Positions 52,023-64,000 of a DNA stretch of 64,000 nt are shown here, one piece after another. The DNA is taken from positions 37,138,001 to 37,202,000 of the forward strand of contig CM060733.1 in the NCBI GenBank assembly GCA_030704615.1, read 5' to 3'. Position numbers and translations under genes: made by a program. How positions within the stretch are numbered: position 1 is the first letter of the stretch; each line of letters starts with the position of its first letter. Origin of the DNA: Takakia lepidozioides. Its lineage: Eukaryota; Plantae; Bryophyta. The notes beneath the pieces are model-generated. The model ran no database searches. It saw nothing but the letters and a program-made list of their open reading frames with translations, and was not told the DNA's origin.

Positions 52023-55000
52023 GCCGATCTGTTAATCGACGAAAACAAAGTCAAAGTGATGCTGAAAGATTATAATGTTTTGACACCGAACTTCCCTTTG
52101 TTGTGTAGTTCTTGACGCATGAAGATCCGCTGTTCCTTAATATAATAGTCTAGTTCCCCTGTTAGTTGCCCAATCTTTGCTGGTGGCTACATCACTGAGC
52201 AAACACATTGTCCAAATCCCCTTTTTTTTTTTTGGTCTCCCCGCAAGTACATTTTTGCATATATTTTTCCGATCACTTCTGTGTTCTTGGTCTAGAATAT
52301 GGCTATGGCGACCTGCAGAGAACAATATCTTGTTACCTCACATATCTTCTTTTAGTTTTTCTGCACTTTTGTTGTCTGATCCCGACCTTCTCCACCCTTG
52401 CCATACCCCGGGAATTCAGTTGTCTTATCTATCTTCTACTAGTTACGAGTTACTGAGGATGGATGTCATCAAAATGGCCTCCTTTTGGCTGATGTCTCAC
52501 ACCTTGATAAGGTACCATGTTGAAGCCTTTTGCAAACATACTTTGGGCTGCGTTGTGGACTTCAAACATGTTTGCAGAGGGCTCTTAATACCCTTGTGAA
52601 GCTTGAGCACCAGGTCCTTCATGTAGTAACAAATGGGTTTTTGCTTATATGGTAAGGAAGTCTCCGATGTCAGGGTGTTGGCATCCTCCCATTCCTCTGG
52701 TTATGTTCTCCACTTGAGCATTTTTCAGTTGGGGTGTCAGATCTATTACAGGAAAGATGACAAAAAGCACTTTCCTCTATTGCCCTTGCAAGGTGAAGGG
52801 GAGGGGAGATCCACGGGTGTAAATTAATTAGGGTTTATGCTAAGAGGGGAGAGGGATCTCTCCGCTTGTGGCATTGCGAGTTGGGTTTGTAGCCAAGGGA
52901 GTACATATAGGGATTTTACAGGAAATGTAGCCCCTTTTTGTTTTGTATTTGACATGTCCACAAACACACGTGGAGAATGGGTAGAGGCTGAATGAGATGT
53001 ATACGAGTAGAGGCGCAGTGACAATAAAAACAACAGTGCAACCGCCAGGTGGTATAAGGGGTGGGTTAGGCTGCACCGCTTGTGTTTTGAACTCACTTAC
53101 GAGTTAGTGTGTGGAAGCCTCCCTATCCTCTACATTGAGTTGAGGTTAATTTCAAATGGTCTCATGCTTTTGAATTGTCTTTGCAGTTGACTCCTTTTAT
53201 AGTTTAACGTGGATCTTTGTGAACGATGTTAGATACATTAAGACGTATATCTGGAATTTTGGATTTTGGCATGCAGAGTCAGTGGAGGGATGGCAATGTG
53301 CAAGAAAAACCCTTAGCCAAGAGCTGGCGCACTTATATACAACTGTGGCGACCCCTCACCAGTAAAGGACAAGAGAAGGTACTTCATTGCTTTCCCAAAG
53401 GTTCCCCCAAAGAGGAATGGGCTTGTAATGCTGTAGATCAGGTGAAAACAGCAAACTGTCACCATTCACACCTCGGAGAAGTGAGCATTTGTGTCTGGGT
53501 TCGCAGGTCAAAGAACTCCCGCTGGTGAATGCTGTCCCTGTCAAGAAGTACATCGGTCATACAAGGTAAGGTCTTCTTGGCAGCATTGTCTACGTATCCG
53601 TCAGACCCATTAAATATCTGGATGGTATTGATATGGACACAAGGATCTGTTTTACTTTCAATACTGGCTTGAAATTGTGGATATATTCTGGTTTGGTGGT
53701 TGGTCTGTTGTTATCAAACGTTCCTTACACACATTGTTTGATCCAAACAAGTGCAAGGACGGTCTATGAAATTGTTGTCAGTTGTCATAAAAGTAAACTA
53801 GGCAACTACTAGGCTAATGTCCTCCCCTACAGGTATGTGTTATTTCCGAATTTGTGTATGGCACTGCCCCAACCCTTGGGTCAGTTCTATGTAGTTATTG
53901 TCAGCTTTGGGCCACTGGCGAGTAGTTACAATAACTGGGTTCCCATGTACATAGGCAAGCTTCATTTCCAAGTCTGAATAGAGGTGTAGTTTCTGCACAC
54001 CGTAGCTAGTTATTAAAATTATATCATTTACTGTATTGACAGCAGTCATTCCAGCAGTTGCTTCTTGTGAACCTTCAGTTTCATCTTCAGAACCTGGCAA
54101 GTCTTTCTCATAGTGTAATCATAAGAGTCTTACATGATATTTGATCCCCTACCTGGGAGCAAGTGATTGTCTAGTTCATCTGGTGGTGGGAGTGATGTGC
54201 AGTGTCTCTTTGGCTCTCGAGCTATTTCCAGTGCTGACAATTTTAAGCCACACGTCTCTTAAGATGTTTGACACTCTAGTCCTTAATCAGGTATTTTCGT
54301 TGTCCATGCAACCTTGCATAATGTAGACTGTTGTTTCACTTGCCCAATAACAGTTGCAAAGGTGGAAAAATAGAACCCAACATCACTAATGCCCCCTCAA
54401 GGCCTTGTTTGAAAGTTGGCACTGATATGGCTAATTTAGTGTGACCGGGGTTTAGTGTCAAGTCTTCCCTATTGACTTGTAAACAGCCATGTGATGCCCA
54501 ACCTTATGGCTGTGTGGGCGATGTAATAAAAGCCACAACTCATGCTGGCTTGGTGGCTTGTTGGTTCCTGCTTTTGAACCTAGTAACCGTCCATGGTGTG
54601 CCTAGGTGCCATAACTACTGCGCTATTTGTTCGAATTGCTTAGACTCATGTAGCTAATGCATCTCTAGTCAGGATCCGAGTTATCCGTTACCTTTCCATA
54701 ATCTTCTTGCATGGGATGAAATAGCTATGGTACAACTCTGTGGAGCTTGTGCAGCGAGTTTTTTGGGGTTGCAAGTTGAAGGATGAGAGCAGGCAGAGGG
54801 GAGGGGGAGAGGGCTTCCCAGGGGCTTCTGATATGTGGAAATGTTACTTGGGATTTTGGTTAGATCTAAGAGGAGACAATGTAAAGTGGAGCATGATGAT
54901 GCAGGCATATGACAGGCTACAGGACATCGGTTACTGCAAGGCTGACTTGACAGACCATGCAACAACCAAAAGGAGCGGCATATCTGAGTTTGACCAACTG

Positions 55001-57300
55001 AGCAACTCAGAGACTGCTGAGTGGTTAACATCTGCACCAGCAGGTAAAAAAATGCTGCATTTGTGAACAACAACAATTTTGAGTGCACATGAGTTCCTCA
55101 AGGCAATAGTTGCATTCTGCCAGCAGCAAAAGATCCCTGGATGCAATAATGTTCCTCTTGACAAGCCAAGATATGCAGTTTTCTGTGGGGATCAGCTATA
55201 TTGTCATTCTTATTTACCCCTCTAGATGCTCTTCTCTCACTTCTCTGGTCTCTGTTCTGTTCTGTTCTGTTCCAGTTTCCTGTCTGTGACATGGGTGGGG
55301 ACCTTAAGGATGATCTGAAGGGCTAACCAACCCTCGGCATTAGACTGAAATAAAAACTCGGGGTGGGGAGTCCTCCTTTGAATAATAGACATGCAGAGAG
55401 GAAAGGGAGATTGTCAATGCCCGATGTGCGGGCGCCTGAACAATATCCATTTTCTGATACAATATTGGGGGTATTCTCATCAGAGAGCGACCCTCTCCAG
55501 GACCATCAAGAACATAGTCCCTGCATCTCTGTCCACCAACTTTCAAAATTTCGAGGCTGAGCCTAAATCCCTGGCCCTGTTGGGGTCTAATTGCTGGGCA
55601 GCTCACACAGCAGAGGCTTGTGTGAAGGGCTTTCTAGAGGAAATCTGGAAAGCCCGAACTAATTGTTATATCGAGGTAAGTACCACTACTGGAGTGAGCC
55701 GCTCACAAAGGTAGTGTCTGTTCCTTCTTGTTCTGCCCGAAGTGGGTGCTGGGTCTATGGCCACAAGTACCCGCAAACGTACATTCTGTTCTTTGAGCTT
55801 CTCATATTGCTGTGTACCATACATGTAGGATTGCATTGTCACTTGATGCATGTTCGGAAAAAGCAGTTCATGGTTCTCATATAATTGTATGGGCTTCAAT
55901 AGGCCACTTCCTCTGGTCCAATGGTTCCCAGACACTGGTGGACATGTACAGATTGAAGTTCTGATGAGGGGCTTGAGTTTCTACAGCTGTTAAACATAAG
56001 GTTGTTCTCTGTGCTAGAAATAGCAAGCTCACTGCTTTTTTTTTTAAACTCTGCTAGGACTACATATGATGAAGAGGAAGCACATATTAGATTGTCAAAC
56101 CCGTCAGTCTGCTATGTTGGACTTTGTTATAAACTGACCATAGGTGTAGATGTATTACTAGTTTGTGTGACCTGAGCAGGCACTCACCTAATTGTTGTAT
56201 CTTCACTCTGTATATTTTTGCAGATAAACAGGATGACGATGAAAATGACGATGATGAGGAAGACGATGATGAAGTGGAAGGAGATCTGGGAGAAGGTGAG
56301 GAGGAAGAGGAGGTGGAAGGTATTGATGATGAAGGTGAGGAGGAAGGTGAGGAGGCTGAGGAGGAGGAGGAGGCCGAGGGAAAGGAAGAGGGGGAGGAGG
56401 ACAAGGAAGAGGTCAGTAACATAAAGTTTAAAAGGAGCACATTTTGCTTGGACAGATTTCTGCTTGATATTATGCATGTGGCTGGACTTGAAGATTTGGA
56501 ATTTCCCAGTTGGACTGTATGCTCAGGTTTCATCTCACTGTATTTGTGCATCACTTTGTGGGGTCAAAGTAGTTTTGGACGAGGCATACCAAAAATGCAT
56601 ATGGCATCAAACAGCGTGCATGTGGAGATTTGAGTTGTTTATTTAGGATTTCTAGGAGACATGTCAACGGATGGTTAACTAGAGGCTGGTAACTTGCACA
56701 CTAAAAGCTGGGGTGTAACATATTGTATTGAATCTCCCACGTGACTATCACGTATTTTTCAAAATGAGATGTTGCCCATAGGTACTGTAGGACTGCCTGA
56801 GAACACAAAGCTATGTATGACTAGCAAACACCTCTGTAAAAAATGCAGAATCAATCACTAGAATGTCATTGTACATCTACCTTGGCTGACATTTTCTAGC
56901 TATTCTCATCGATGGTTACTACATGAAGCCCTGACAACTTTTCTTATGGTTGACTAACTTAGTGGTTGTTCATTCAGTTGTCAGTCATTTCTTACGCTTT
57001 TAGATCAAGCATTGTTATCAAAGGACCATTACCAAAGAATGAAATGAAATGAAATGGTGCTTTGTAACGTCGTATAAAGAATGTAAGTCATTGCAACTTT
57101 CTTGTCCTGTTGTGCTGTAGGGTGATGAGGAGGGCGATGAGGAGGGTGATGATGGGGAAGAGGAAGGAGAGGAGGAGGAGGATGTGGAAGGTAACAATGA
57201 AGAGGAGGATGAGGACAATGATGATGAAGATGGGGAGCATGAGGAGCAGCAGGAGGATTCAGATTCAGACATTGAGCCCCCAAAGAAAAAAAGGAAGTAA
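51657..57300 (+). CDS. Unidentified multi-exon protein with a long Asp/Glu-rich C-terminus and terminal NLS
   Basis: Candidate exons: ..51836, 52741-52792, 52922-52980, 53277-53378, 53507-53565, ~54725-55043, 56224-56411 and 57121-57300, the last ending DIEPPKKKRK*. The acidic 3' exons have clean splice sites. The 5' structure and start codon are uncertain, and one phase junction (53565 to 54725) is unresolved. Confidence 0.55.
51990..52021. repeat. (CT)n microsatellite
   Basis: Direct inspection. Confidence 0.95.
55330..55790 (+). mobile_element. Second copy of the truncated LINE 3' end, intronic
   Basis: CQCPMCG..IHFLI..ALLGSN..VKGFLEEIWKART; shares exact blocks with 45695-46155, e.g. CCCTGGCCCTGTTGGGGTCTAA. 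Confidence 0.6.
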
Positions 57301-57644
57301 GAGGTTAGTTTAGCGTAACAGTGTTTGCAAAATATGTGCAATTTTGACACATCGCTGTCAGATTCCGTTTGGCTTCATCTTTTCTCCGCTCAGTGGCACC
57401 ACTAACTACTCTTGGTGGGGAGGGAGGGTCAGAGGTGTTAATAGATGTAGGCTAGGGCAAGCTGTTGGGCTGCCAGCAATGTTGGAGAAGGCTGCTGGTT
57501 GCTTTTTGAACACTTGACACAACCTTTGTAACTATCTCCTGGTGGCATGACTGAAGATAGTGATTGATACCTAAACCTGCTGCTTGACAACTGTTTTTTT
57601 GACTCGTGGACTAGGCAAAGCTTCAATAAATCACTGCACTTGAG

Positions 57645-57820
57645 CAGGTAGCCCAGCGGTTGGGTGTTTGTGCCTTGCCTGTGCATAACCTAGGTGATCC
57701 TGGGTTCAATCCTTCAACATGTGCCTTCAGACCGTCCATTGGGCCCTCGATGGCTTGTGTGTTGAGCAGTAGGCTCTGCAATTCACTGGATGTTAAAGAA
57801 ACTTTATCTTATCTTATCTC
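57645..57820 (+). mobile_element. Possible tRNA-derived SINE
   Basis: Box A-like TAGCCCAGCGG (57649), box B-like GGTTCAATCC (57703) and a (TTATC)3 tail at ~57805. No TSD found. Confidence 0.4.
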
Positions 57821-58664
57821 TTCCAATGTTTACCACAGCTAACTTTCACTTGGAGAGTGAAGGTCCACAAATATGCAAAGTTCTATGCGAAGTTCTGGGG
57901 AAGATGGCCCTCACAAGTTTAGGAGGATGGCCCCAGCATCCTCCTGTCCACAGGCTTGCGCAATGGTTCCCCAACACTAGCAAAAAGACAGATGGCCATT
58001 GCAATTGGATCATAAGACTGAACTGGACATGTATTCGCTCTTGGCTTTCATCTTTCCTTTGAAAAAGTAGGCTTGAAAGTGTTCAGTTCAGTCTGGATAT
58101 CTTAAGAGAGCAGATAGATATTCAGGGCTTGAGACTGAGGTAGTAAGTGACATTCATGCCTAATGTCTCCCTCTCTTTGCGATTGTGCTCCTTCCACAGG
58201 CTGGAACATTTTGTCCACCGAGTGGAGGTAATCTGTCCTTCCTTTCAGCTACACACCATGATGTTGTCATTGGCAGGGATGGGAAGGATGCTATGGTTTC
58301 CAAGTGCCTCACTGGTCGGCCAAAGACATTGGAGAAGGCTCAGACTGTTTCCCTGCTTTGGGTAGAACTTGAAGAGTGTTGATGTAATTTTAATTCCTTA
58401 AAACAAAAACAGAAAACCATCCCTGATGATAAACTAGCTCCTCACCAGTTCTCGCCCACTCAACAGTGCCAACTTAAGCCAGTCCAAGTCCTCATCTTAG
58501 GATAAATGTGGTCTCTGCTTAGTGACACAATGGCGCAATTCCCATTACTTTGTGACAGCATTGTAGGCATAGGTGATGTGAACAGCTCTGTGTAATGTCT
58601 GTGCCCATCTCATCCCCCTGATCAATACTGTGAATTCACATGAGCATTTTGGTCGTTGGCTCAT

Positions 58665-58862
58665 TGGTATCATTATGTTGGTATCGTTGGTCTGGTATCA
58701 GGTTTAGGACATACCAGACTGGTCCTGGTCAATGTATTTTTTTACAGATACTGGTATGAGTATGAGTATCATGACCACAATACCAGCTGGTATGAGATAT
58801 CAATTTTGGTATCATTCCAAAGCCATTTGACTTACAAGTTTATCAAATATCAAGTAGAAACA
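58665..58862 (-). mobile_element. Partial inverted copy of the hAT MITE at 5693-6199
   Basis: Reverse complement of ~5965-6170 (shared ACTGGTATGA..ATGAGTATCATGACCACAA..CCAGCTGGTATGAGATATC). TIRs are missing. Confidence 0.85.
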
Positions 58863-59027
58863 AATGCATGGTTACATGCGAGCCCTGCCCTCGCATAGTT
58901 ATGAATTGGTTATGAAATGATTGAGGATAACCACACAACATTATTTGTCTAGAACAGAAGAAGCATATTGGATTGACCACAATTTCCCTAGCATTTAATC
59001 TCCCGACATTCAACGCCCCTACACCAT

Positions 59028-60515
59028 AGTTGCATCCTTTACCCATCATGGGATTGGGCTACAGGTGAAGTCTTGACTTCGCAGGGCCGTTGCCATTGAC
59101 GATGCGTCACCACAGATATGTGTTGGTGATGGTGGAGCACTTCTCCAAGTGGATTGAGTTGGTTCCATTGCCTGACAGGGCTAGTGAGGGGGCTGCGTAG
59201 GCATTCCTGGATCGTGTGCTTAGCCGATTCGGTGCTCCAACTGAGGTACTCACGAACCAAGGAAGAGAGTTCTTGGGGGAGTTTCAGGCTTTGTATGATA
59301 AAGCCTTGATAGACCACCGTACCACTTCTCGAGATCATTCTGAGGCCGATGGCTTGGACACCTAGGAGATTGGGATCTTCAGGTACCTTGGTTAGACATG
59401 GGCTACAGGTTTAGCAAGCAAGCATCATTTGCCTCCTCACCATATTTCCTTCTCTTTGGCCGAGAGCCGGATTTGTCTGCATCTATTCGCAGGGAGGCTG
59501 CATTAGTCCTCAACCTTGATGATCCGGATGTGTGGAACAAAGCATGTGCCCAACGAGCAGAATTGTTCAAGAGAGTCATGCCTATGGCTTTTGGAAATCT
59601 TGCTATTGCCCAACACCGAGACACATTGAGGTATGTCACTATACGTGGAGGGGGATATCAGTCAGGTGTTCGGCGTTTCCACCCTGGGGACTATGTGTAT
59701 CTGCAGTAGACAGCACCTACGACCTTGGATGTCACAGCAAGACTGTGATTCTAAGGGTCAGGGAGGTGTTGCCTTCAGGAGTATTGATTCTGGAGGGTCG
59801 AGATGACATGGTATAGAAGGACCATGTGCGCAATTGTGCGCCATGTCACCTTCCACATGTGGATGGGAGGATAGATCCCAACCTTGCAATGGTACCTGCA
59901 GGATTGCGTTGCATGCTATGTGGGCATGCTCGTGGTGCCGCCACTATGCTGGTGTGTGATCGATGCTCAAGAGGTTGGCATATGGGATGTTTGACACCAC
60001 CTCTTGAGAAGGTTCCTGATGGAGATTGGTTATGTCCATACTACTTGGGATAGTGGCAATGGATATGACTAGTGGCAGCTAACAAGACATGGGAGGCCAA
60101 GCTCATAGGAGTCAATACCCGAGATCTCAGGCTCAAGTTCACAGGTTGCAAGACAGCGACTAACGATAGGGCAACTCTTGTACTCGGCCTCTTGATCTAT
60201 CGAGTTTGAGTGTAGTAGGGACAGTGGTGGAGGACTTAGTGAGGCTATGGCCACTATCACATCTTGTGGCTACCTGGACTTAGAGGGATCTAAGCGCCAA
60301 CTAGGGGGACGATTGTGATGGACTAGTGGTTGCACTAGTGGTGGCTAGTGGCAGCCTAGTGGTTGGACTAGTGGCTGCACTAGTGGTGACTAGTGGTTGT
60401 CTAGTGGCAGCCTAGTGGATCACTAGACTAGTGATAGACTAGTGTTTGGTGTGCACATATGTTGTGTGGTTTTGGATAGCGATATAGTTGTGTAGCGATA
60501 TGTATGCGCACGACA
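59028..60515 (+). mobile_element. 3' fragment of a second copy of the same gypsy family: integrase, C-terminal PHD finger, PPT and LTR
   Basis: 59030-59430 aligns with 25610-26072 apart from a ~60-bp deletion. It continues SPYFLLFGR..FHPGDYV and then the PHD CMLC..LVCDRC..WHMGCLTPPL..VP.GDWLCP. PPT AGGGGGACGAT at 60303-60313 is followed by TGTGATGG. Confidence 0.9.
60314..60515 (+). repeat. LTR (or its 5' part) with CTAGTGG tandem subrepeats
   Basis: Starts TG right after the PPT. Similarity to the second copy ends at ...CACGACA. Confidence 0.75.
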
Positions 60516-60836
60516 GCTGTCAAGTTATTTTACCACTAGTGTGAAGTTAGCTAGGAAATAGCTAGCTTTTATATATTGACATTTGGGATTGACCCAATTG
60601 TCAATCCAGAGGCCAATACATGTTTGGGCACTTGACGTTATTATCTTCACGGCAAATCGCGGTGGGATCATCTTTCTCGAATTGAGCCTCACCGCATCTA
60701 GCTATGGCGCCGTAGTGTGGATTCCACATGGCGTGGGGTGCACTTGGCTCGACTTAATATATGAGTGATGTTTTCATGTGCAAGTATGTGAGTTTGAGAG
60801 AGCTTGTGTGCTTATATCATTCCTTTCCTTTATCAT

Positions 60837-61067
60837 TGTGATGGACTAGTGGCAGCCTAGTGATGGACTATTGGCTGCACTAGTGGTGGCTAGTGACAGC
60901 CTAGTGGTGGACTAGTGGCTGCACTAGTGGTGGTTAGTGGCAGCCTAGTGGTTGGACTAGTGGCTGCAGTAGTGGTGGACTAGTGATAAACTAGTGTTTG
61001 GTGTGCACATATGTTGTGTGGTTTTGGACAACGATGTAGTTGTGTAGCGATATATATGCGCACGACA
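60837..61067 (+). repeat. Second copy of the LTR (solo or partial)
   Basis: Same TGTGATGGACTAGTGG start and CACGACA end, with a different CTAGTGG copy number. No 5-bp TSD evident. Confidence 0.75.
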
Positions 61068-61449
61068 TCCCAAATGATGGCATATAAGTTGTACTGCTGG
61101 TTTTGTATGCTCTAAGGCATTCCTTGTTCTAACGTGCTTGGGCATGTTGTGGGTTGGATAGAGAATAGCAATCTTTGGTTCAGCAACAAGTGCAGCAATG
61201 TCAGTGCAAAACAGCAAACTACCTCCGGCCATTGAGCAGAATGGATTAATGTCATTCTTTTTATTAGAACTCTATATATGTGTGAATTGGTTTGAATCAC
61301 TGTTAGTTATCAAACTTGGTTATCAATGTCTTCTGTATAGTTGTGTAGAGGGACATGAGATGAATGAGGACTATAAAGCCTTTGTACATATTTGTAGTTG
61401 GTGACAGGTTTCAAGATATTGGTTCTGATTTGCTGTCGTGGTTTGTGGC

Positions 61450-63729
61450 AGGTGAAGAGAGGAGATGTCGTAGTACTTATGGAAGTAGTGTCTAAATGCA
61501 AAGCAGGAGGGGGTGTGGTAACGGGCTTAGAGGGGACAAAACCTCCACGTGGATACAAAGAGGTGCCGTTGGGGTACGTTGCAGTTCTTGTGGATGAATT
61601 AGTGATTCTAAATGCGCCACTGCCTTACGGCAGTTAAACCGCCCCAAACTGAGCTGAAGCACACTCTAGATAGCATCACACTTTGGAGCGACAAATTGGT
61701 CAAGGTGGTCAAAAAGTGACCTCCCCACCGCTATACAGCCACTACTCACCTCAAATCATATATGTATTCTTTGTCGCACATGTGTTGCTATCTATAGAAT
61801 GAGATTTTCGAATCAATTTGAGTCATTTATTGTATGTGATGGTGATGTAACATGCTAACTGATGTCTTCATTAGGTTTGTGATGTGTCGAATAGCTTGAT
61901 AAGGCTCAATTTTGTGTCTCTCAAGGACTCATGTGTTTGTAGTTATGGTGTAAATGCAGTGAGTATGGAGTTACTGACCTCGGAATCGTCTCCACGAATC
62001 AACATTTGGGATTTTAACATGGCTGATGCACGGCTGTATGTCATGGCTAATCAGTCAAAGCAGGAAATTTTAAGATTATGAGGACAACATGTATGTTATG
62101 CTATCCCCCTTAGACTGTATTTTGATAAGCATAATTTTGGGACTCCGGTGCTATATTGTAAATTTGGTCTGGTAGTTGTTTTAGACAATCTCTTTTTAGA
62201 TCTGCTACTATCTTCGGTGCCTATGTAATGTCCTTTGCACTTGGTCAGACTTTTGTTTCAGGAGCCAGATTTTGGGACTCCGGTGCTTCCTTGTAAATTT
62301 GACTGACAATTGTTTTTTTACATCTACTGCTATCTTAAGTGCCTATGCTATGTCATTTGCACTTTCTCACTTTATTCTTTTTTGTCATTCTTGCTTGTGA
62401 ATAAAACATTCATTTGCAGAGTCAATTTTTTGTCACTGTGATCTTTGGTAGGCTAATATATTTCTTTTGTATCTGTATTAGATATTACTAACCCTAATCT
62501 GTTGTTGTATCAGTCATGTGGGTTACTACAGTCAGTAGTTAGAATCACTATAGCAGTAGAAGTGCAGATCACAGATAGATATATGCATGACTATGGTTCT
62601 AGCATAGGTAGTAAACTACAGTAGGTAGAATCATTATAGCAGTAGAAGTATAGATTATATGAAGACCTATGCACGACTAGGGTTATACTATATTAGGTAG
62701 TAAGCAATATCACTTTAACATCACTGAACAACCTCCATTCATACATTGATACGTGTGATATCCAACAGAAACACATATGAGGATGTTTGTAGTCAAGACA
62801 ATGACTGCAAGACCTCCTCATTATATGTCATGTGTCCATATATTAGCATGGTTGTAGTCAAGATAATGACTGCAGATCCTCCTCATGGATATGCCACTTG
62901 GCAGTTTCGGGAGACGTCATATGGCGCACATCCACAAAACCTCTTGGACTTATTAGAAAGAGACACGTGTACAGTTTGCAACAGCACACTAAGTCATGTA
63001 CGGTAGAAGTACATATGACTGCCACATGACAGTGAGATGTATCATGTGGTTCATCTGACTTCAGTCATCCATGACCGACCATACTGTACTCATTGTATTC
63101 ACTTGGTTTGCACGACTTAAAATCATAGCAATCATATGTACTGTTTATGACTACGGGATAGTCATATATACAGTCATATATACCGCAATCTGTTGTAGTG
63201 CTCACTCTCTCGCTTCTTCGATCTCCACCTCTCTGCCTCCCTCGCTTAGTCGCTCTCTCTCGCACATCTTCCCTAAGTCCAAAATGGAGCAAGGCTTCCA
63301 TGTGTCTCAAATGAATGCAAAAGGAGGTTGAATTAATGATGCAAGAGAAGGAATAGTCGACGACGAAAATGACCGCCTCTTAAGACTATTGTGATGAGCC
63401 AGCGGCCATCTATGGCAAGGTGACCTTAAGTAACCGCAATGAACGTGGGGCCGTAGATGAGGTGTAGGTAGAGAAAATGTGAGACCAATCAAATCCCAGA
63501 TGCACGTCCTGACACCTCATTATTGAACCTATGAATAATATTTTATCATTGGATGAAATAAGAGCCTACGCGGATGAAACAAACGTATACTGGATGAGAT
63601 AACTGCCCTAGTGGATGATTCAACTCCTCTCATGGATGAGCGCCGTCACGGGAACCCGCAATCATTCCAGGGTGTTCACTCTATGAAGGCGTTGAATTGT
63701 CGCGCCGTAACGCTCTGGACAAACTAGTG
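61450..63729 (+). mobile_element. Probable 3' remnant of another CACTA-like element
   Basis: Exon 61452-61700 (VKRGDVVVL..GVVTG..VPLGYVAVLVDELV..APLP) resembles the Tnp1-like exon at 18351-18633. Short tandem duplications at 62135-62900, GGATGA subrepeats at 63550-63640 and a possible TAGTG end at 63725-63729. Confidence 0.4.
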
Positions 63730-64000
63730 GAGTCCATTCATTACTGACAGTCATGTCGCATCATTGATTGTACCTGCATAAATTTAGGGGTCTTTAGCGA
63801 ACCGTTGGGACAAACATCCCGCCTTTCATTCATTCATGCATCGAGGCCACAAACCGTGGGATGCGACATAACGTCGACGGTTGAGACCACAAGTGGTAAG
63901 CATATAAGGAGTAGTGATTTGTTGCTTCTCTGGTGCTTTGGATGTCAGATTCCAGATCTCGAATCAGTCAGTTATTTGCATTGGCCGTAATAACTTATGG

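Noticed and set aside
26072-59028. One gypsy element split by a 33-kb insertion containing the three host genes
   Set aside because: The two integrase fragments overlap by about 450 bp and are visibly diverged, so they are independent copies. No TSD or TIR bounds the interval.
60314-61000. CRISPR-like array from CTAGTGG repeats (also the ATACCAG repeats at 5700-6190)
   Set aside because: Short irregular units without unique spacers, inside an LTR or MITE in eukaryotic DNA.

Overview
Eukaryotic land-plant nuclear DNA. A seed-free plant such as a moss is likely, but that is inferred only from the TE families and PPR style. 1-29 kb is a nest of decayed transposons. The outer element is a Ty3/gypsy retrotransposon with the order gag-protease-DNMT3-like cytosine methyltransferase-(RT deleted)-RNaseH-integrase. 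Its gag is interrupted by an 18.5-kb TIR element (8-bp TSD) whose only own cargo is a decayed gene joining OSB-type PDF motifs to a PLS-PPR array and a DYW deaminase domain. That cargo was later hit by a hAT MITE and by a complete 12.9-kb CACTA element. The CACTA has an internally inverted transposase segment and an accessory gene containing an FCP1/NIF-like HAD phosphatase domain. A piggyBac-type transposase relic follows at about 27 kb. 30-57 kb holds three + strand intron-rich host genes: an hnRNP Q/R-like 3xRRM protein, a SAD2/importin-7/8-like importin-beta, and an unidentified acidic protein ending in PKKKRK. 58-64 kb returns to TE debris: a second copy of the same gypsy family (integrase + PHD finger + PPT + LTR) and CACTA-like remnants. 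The most notable observations are the DNMT/PHD-bearing retrotransposon, the Pack-type TIR element carrying a PDF-PPR-DYW fusion, the phosphatase-bearing CACTA and the piggyBac relic. All domain calls come from motif recognition by eye; no searches were run.
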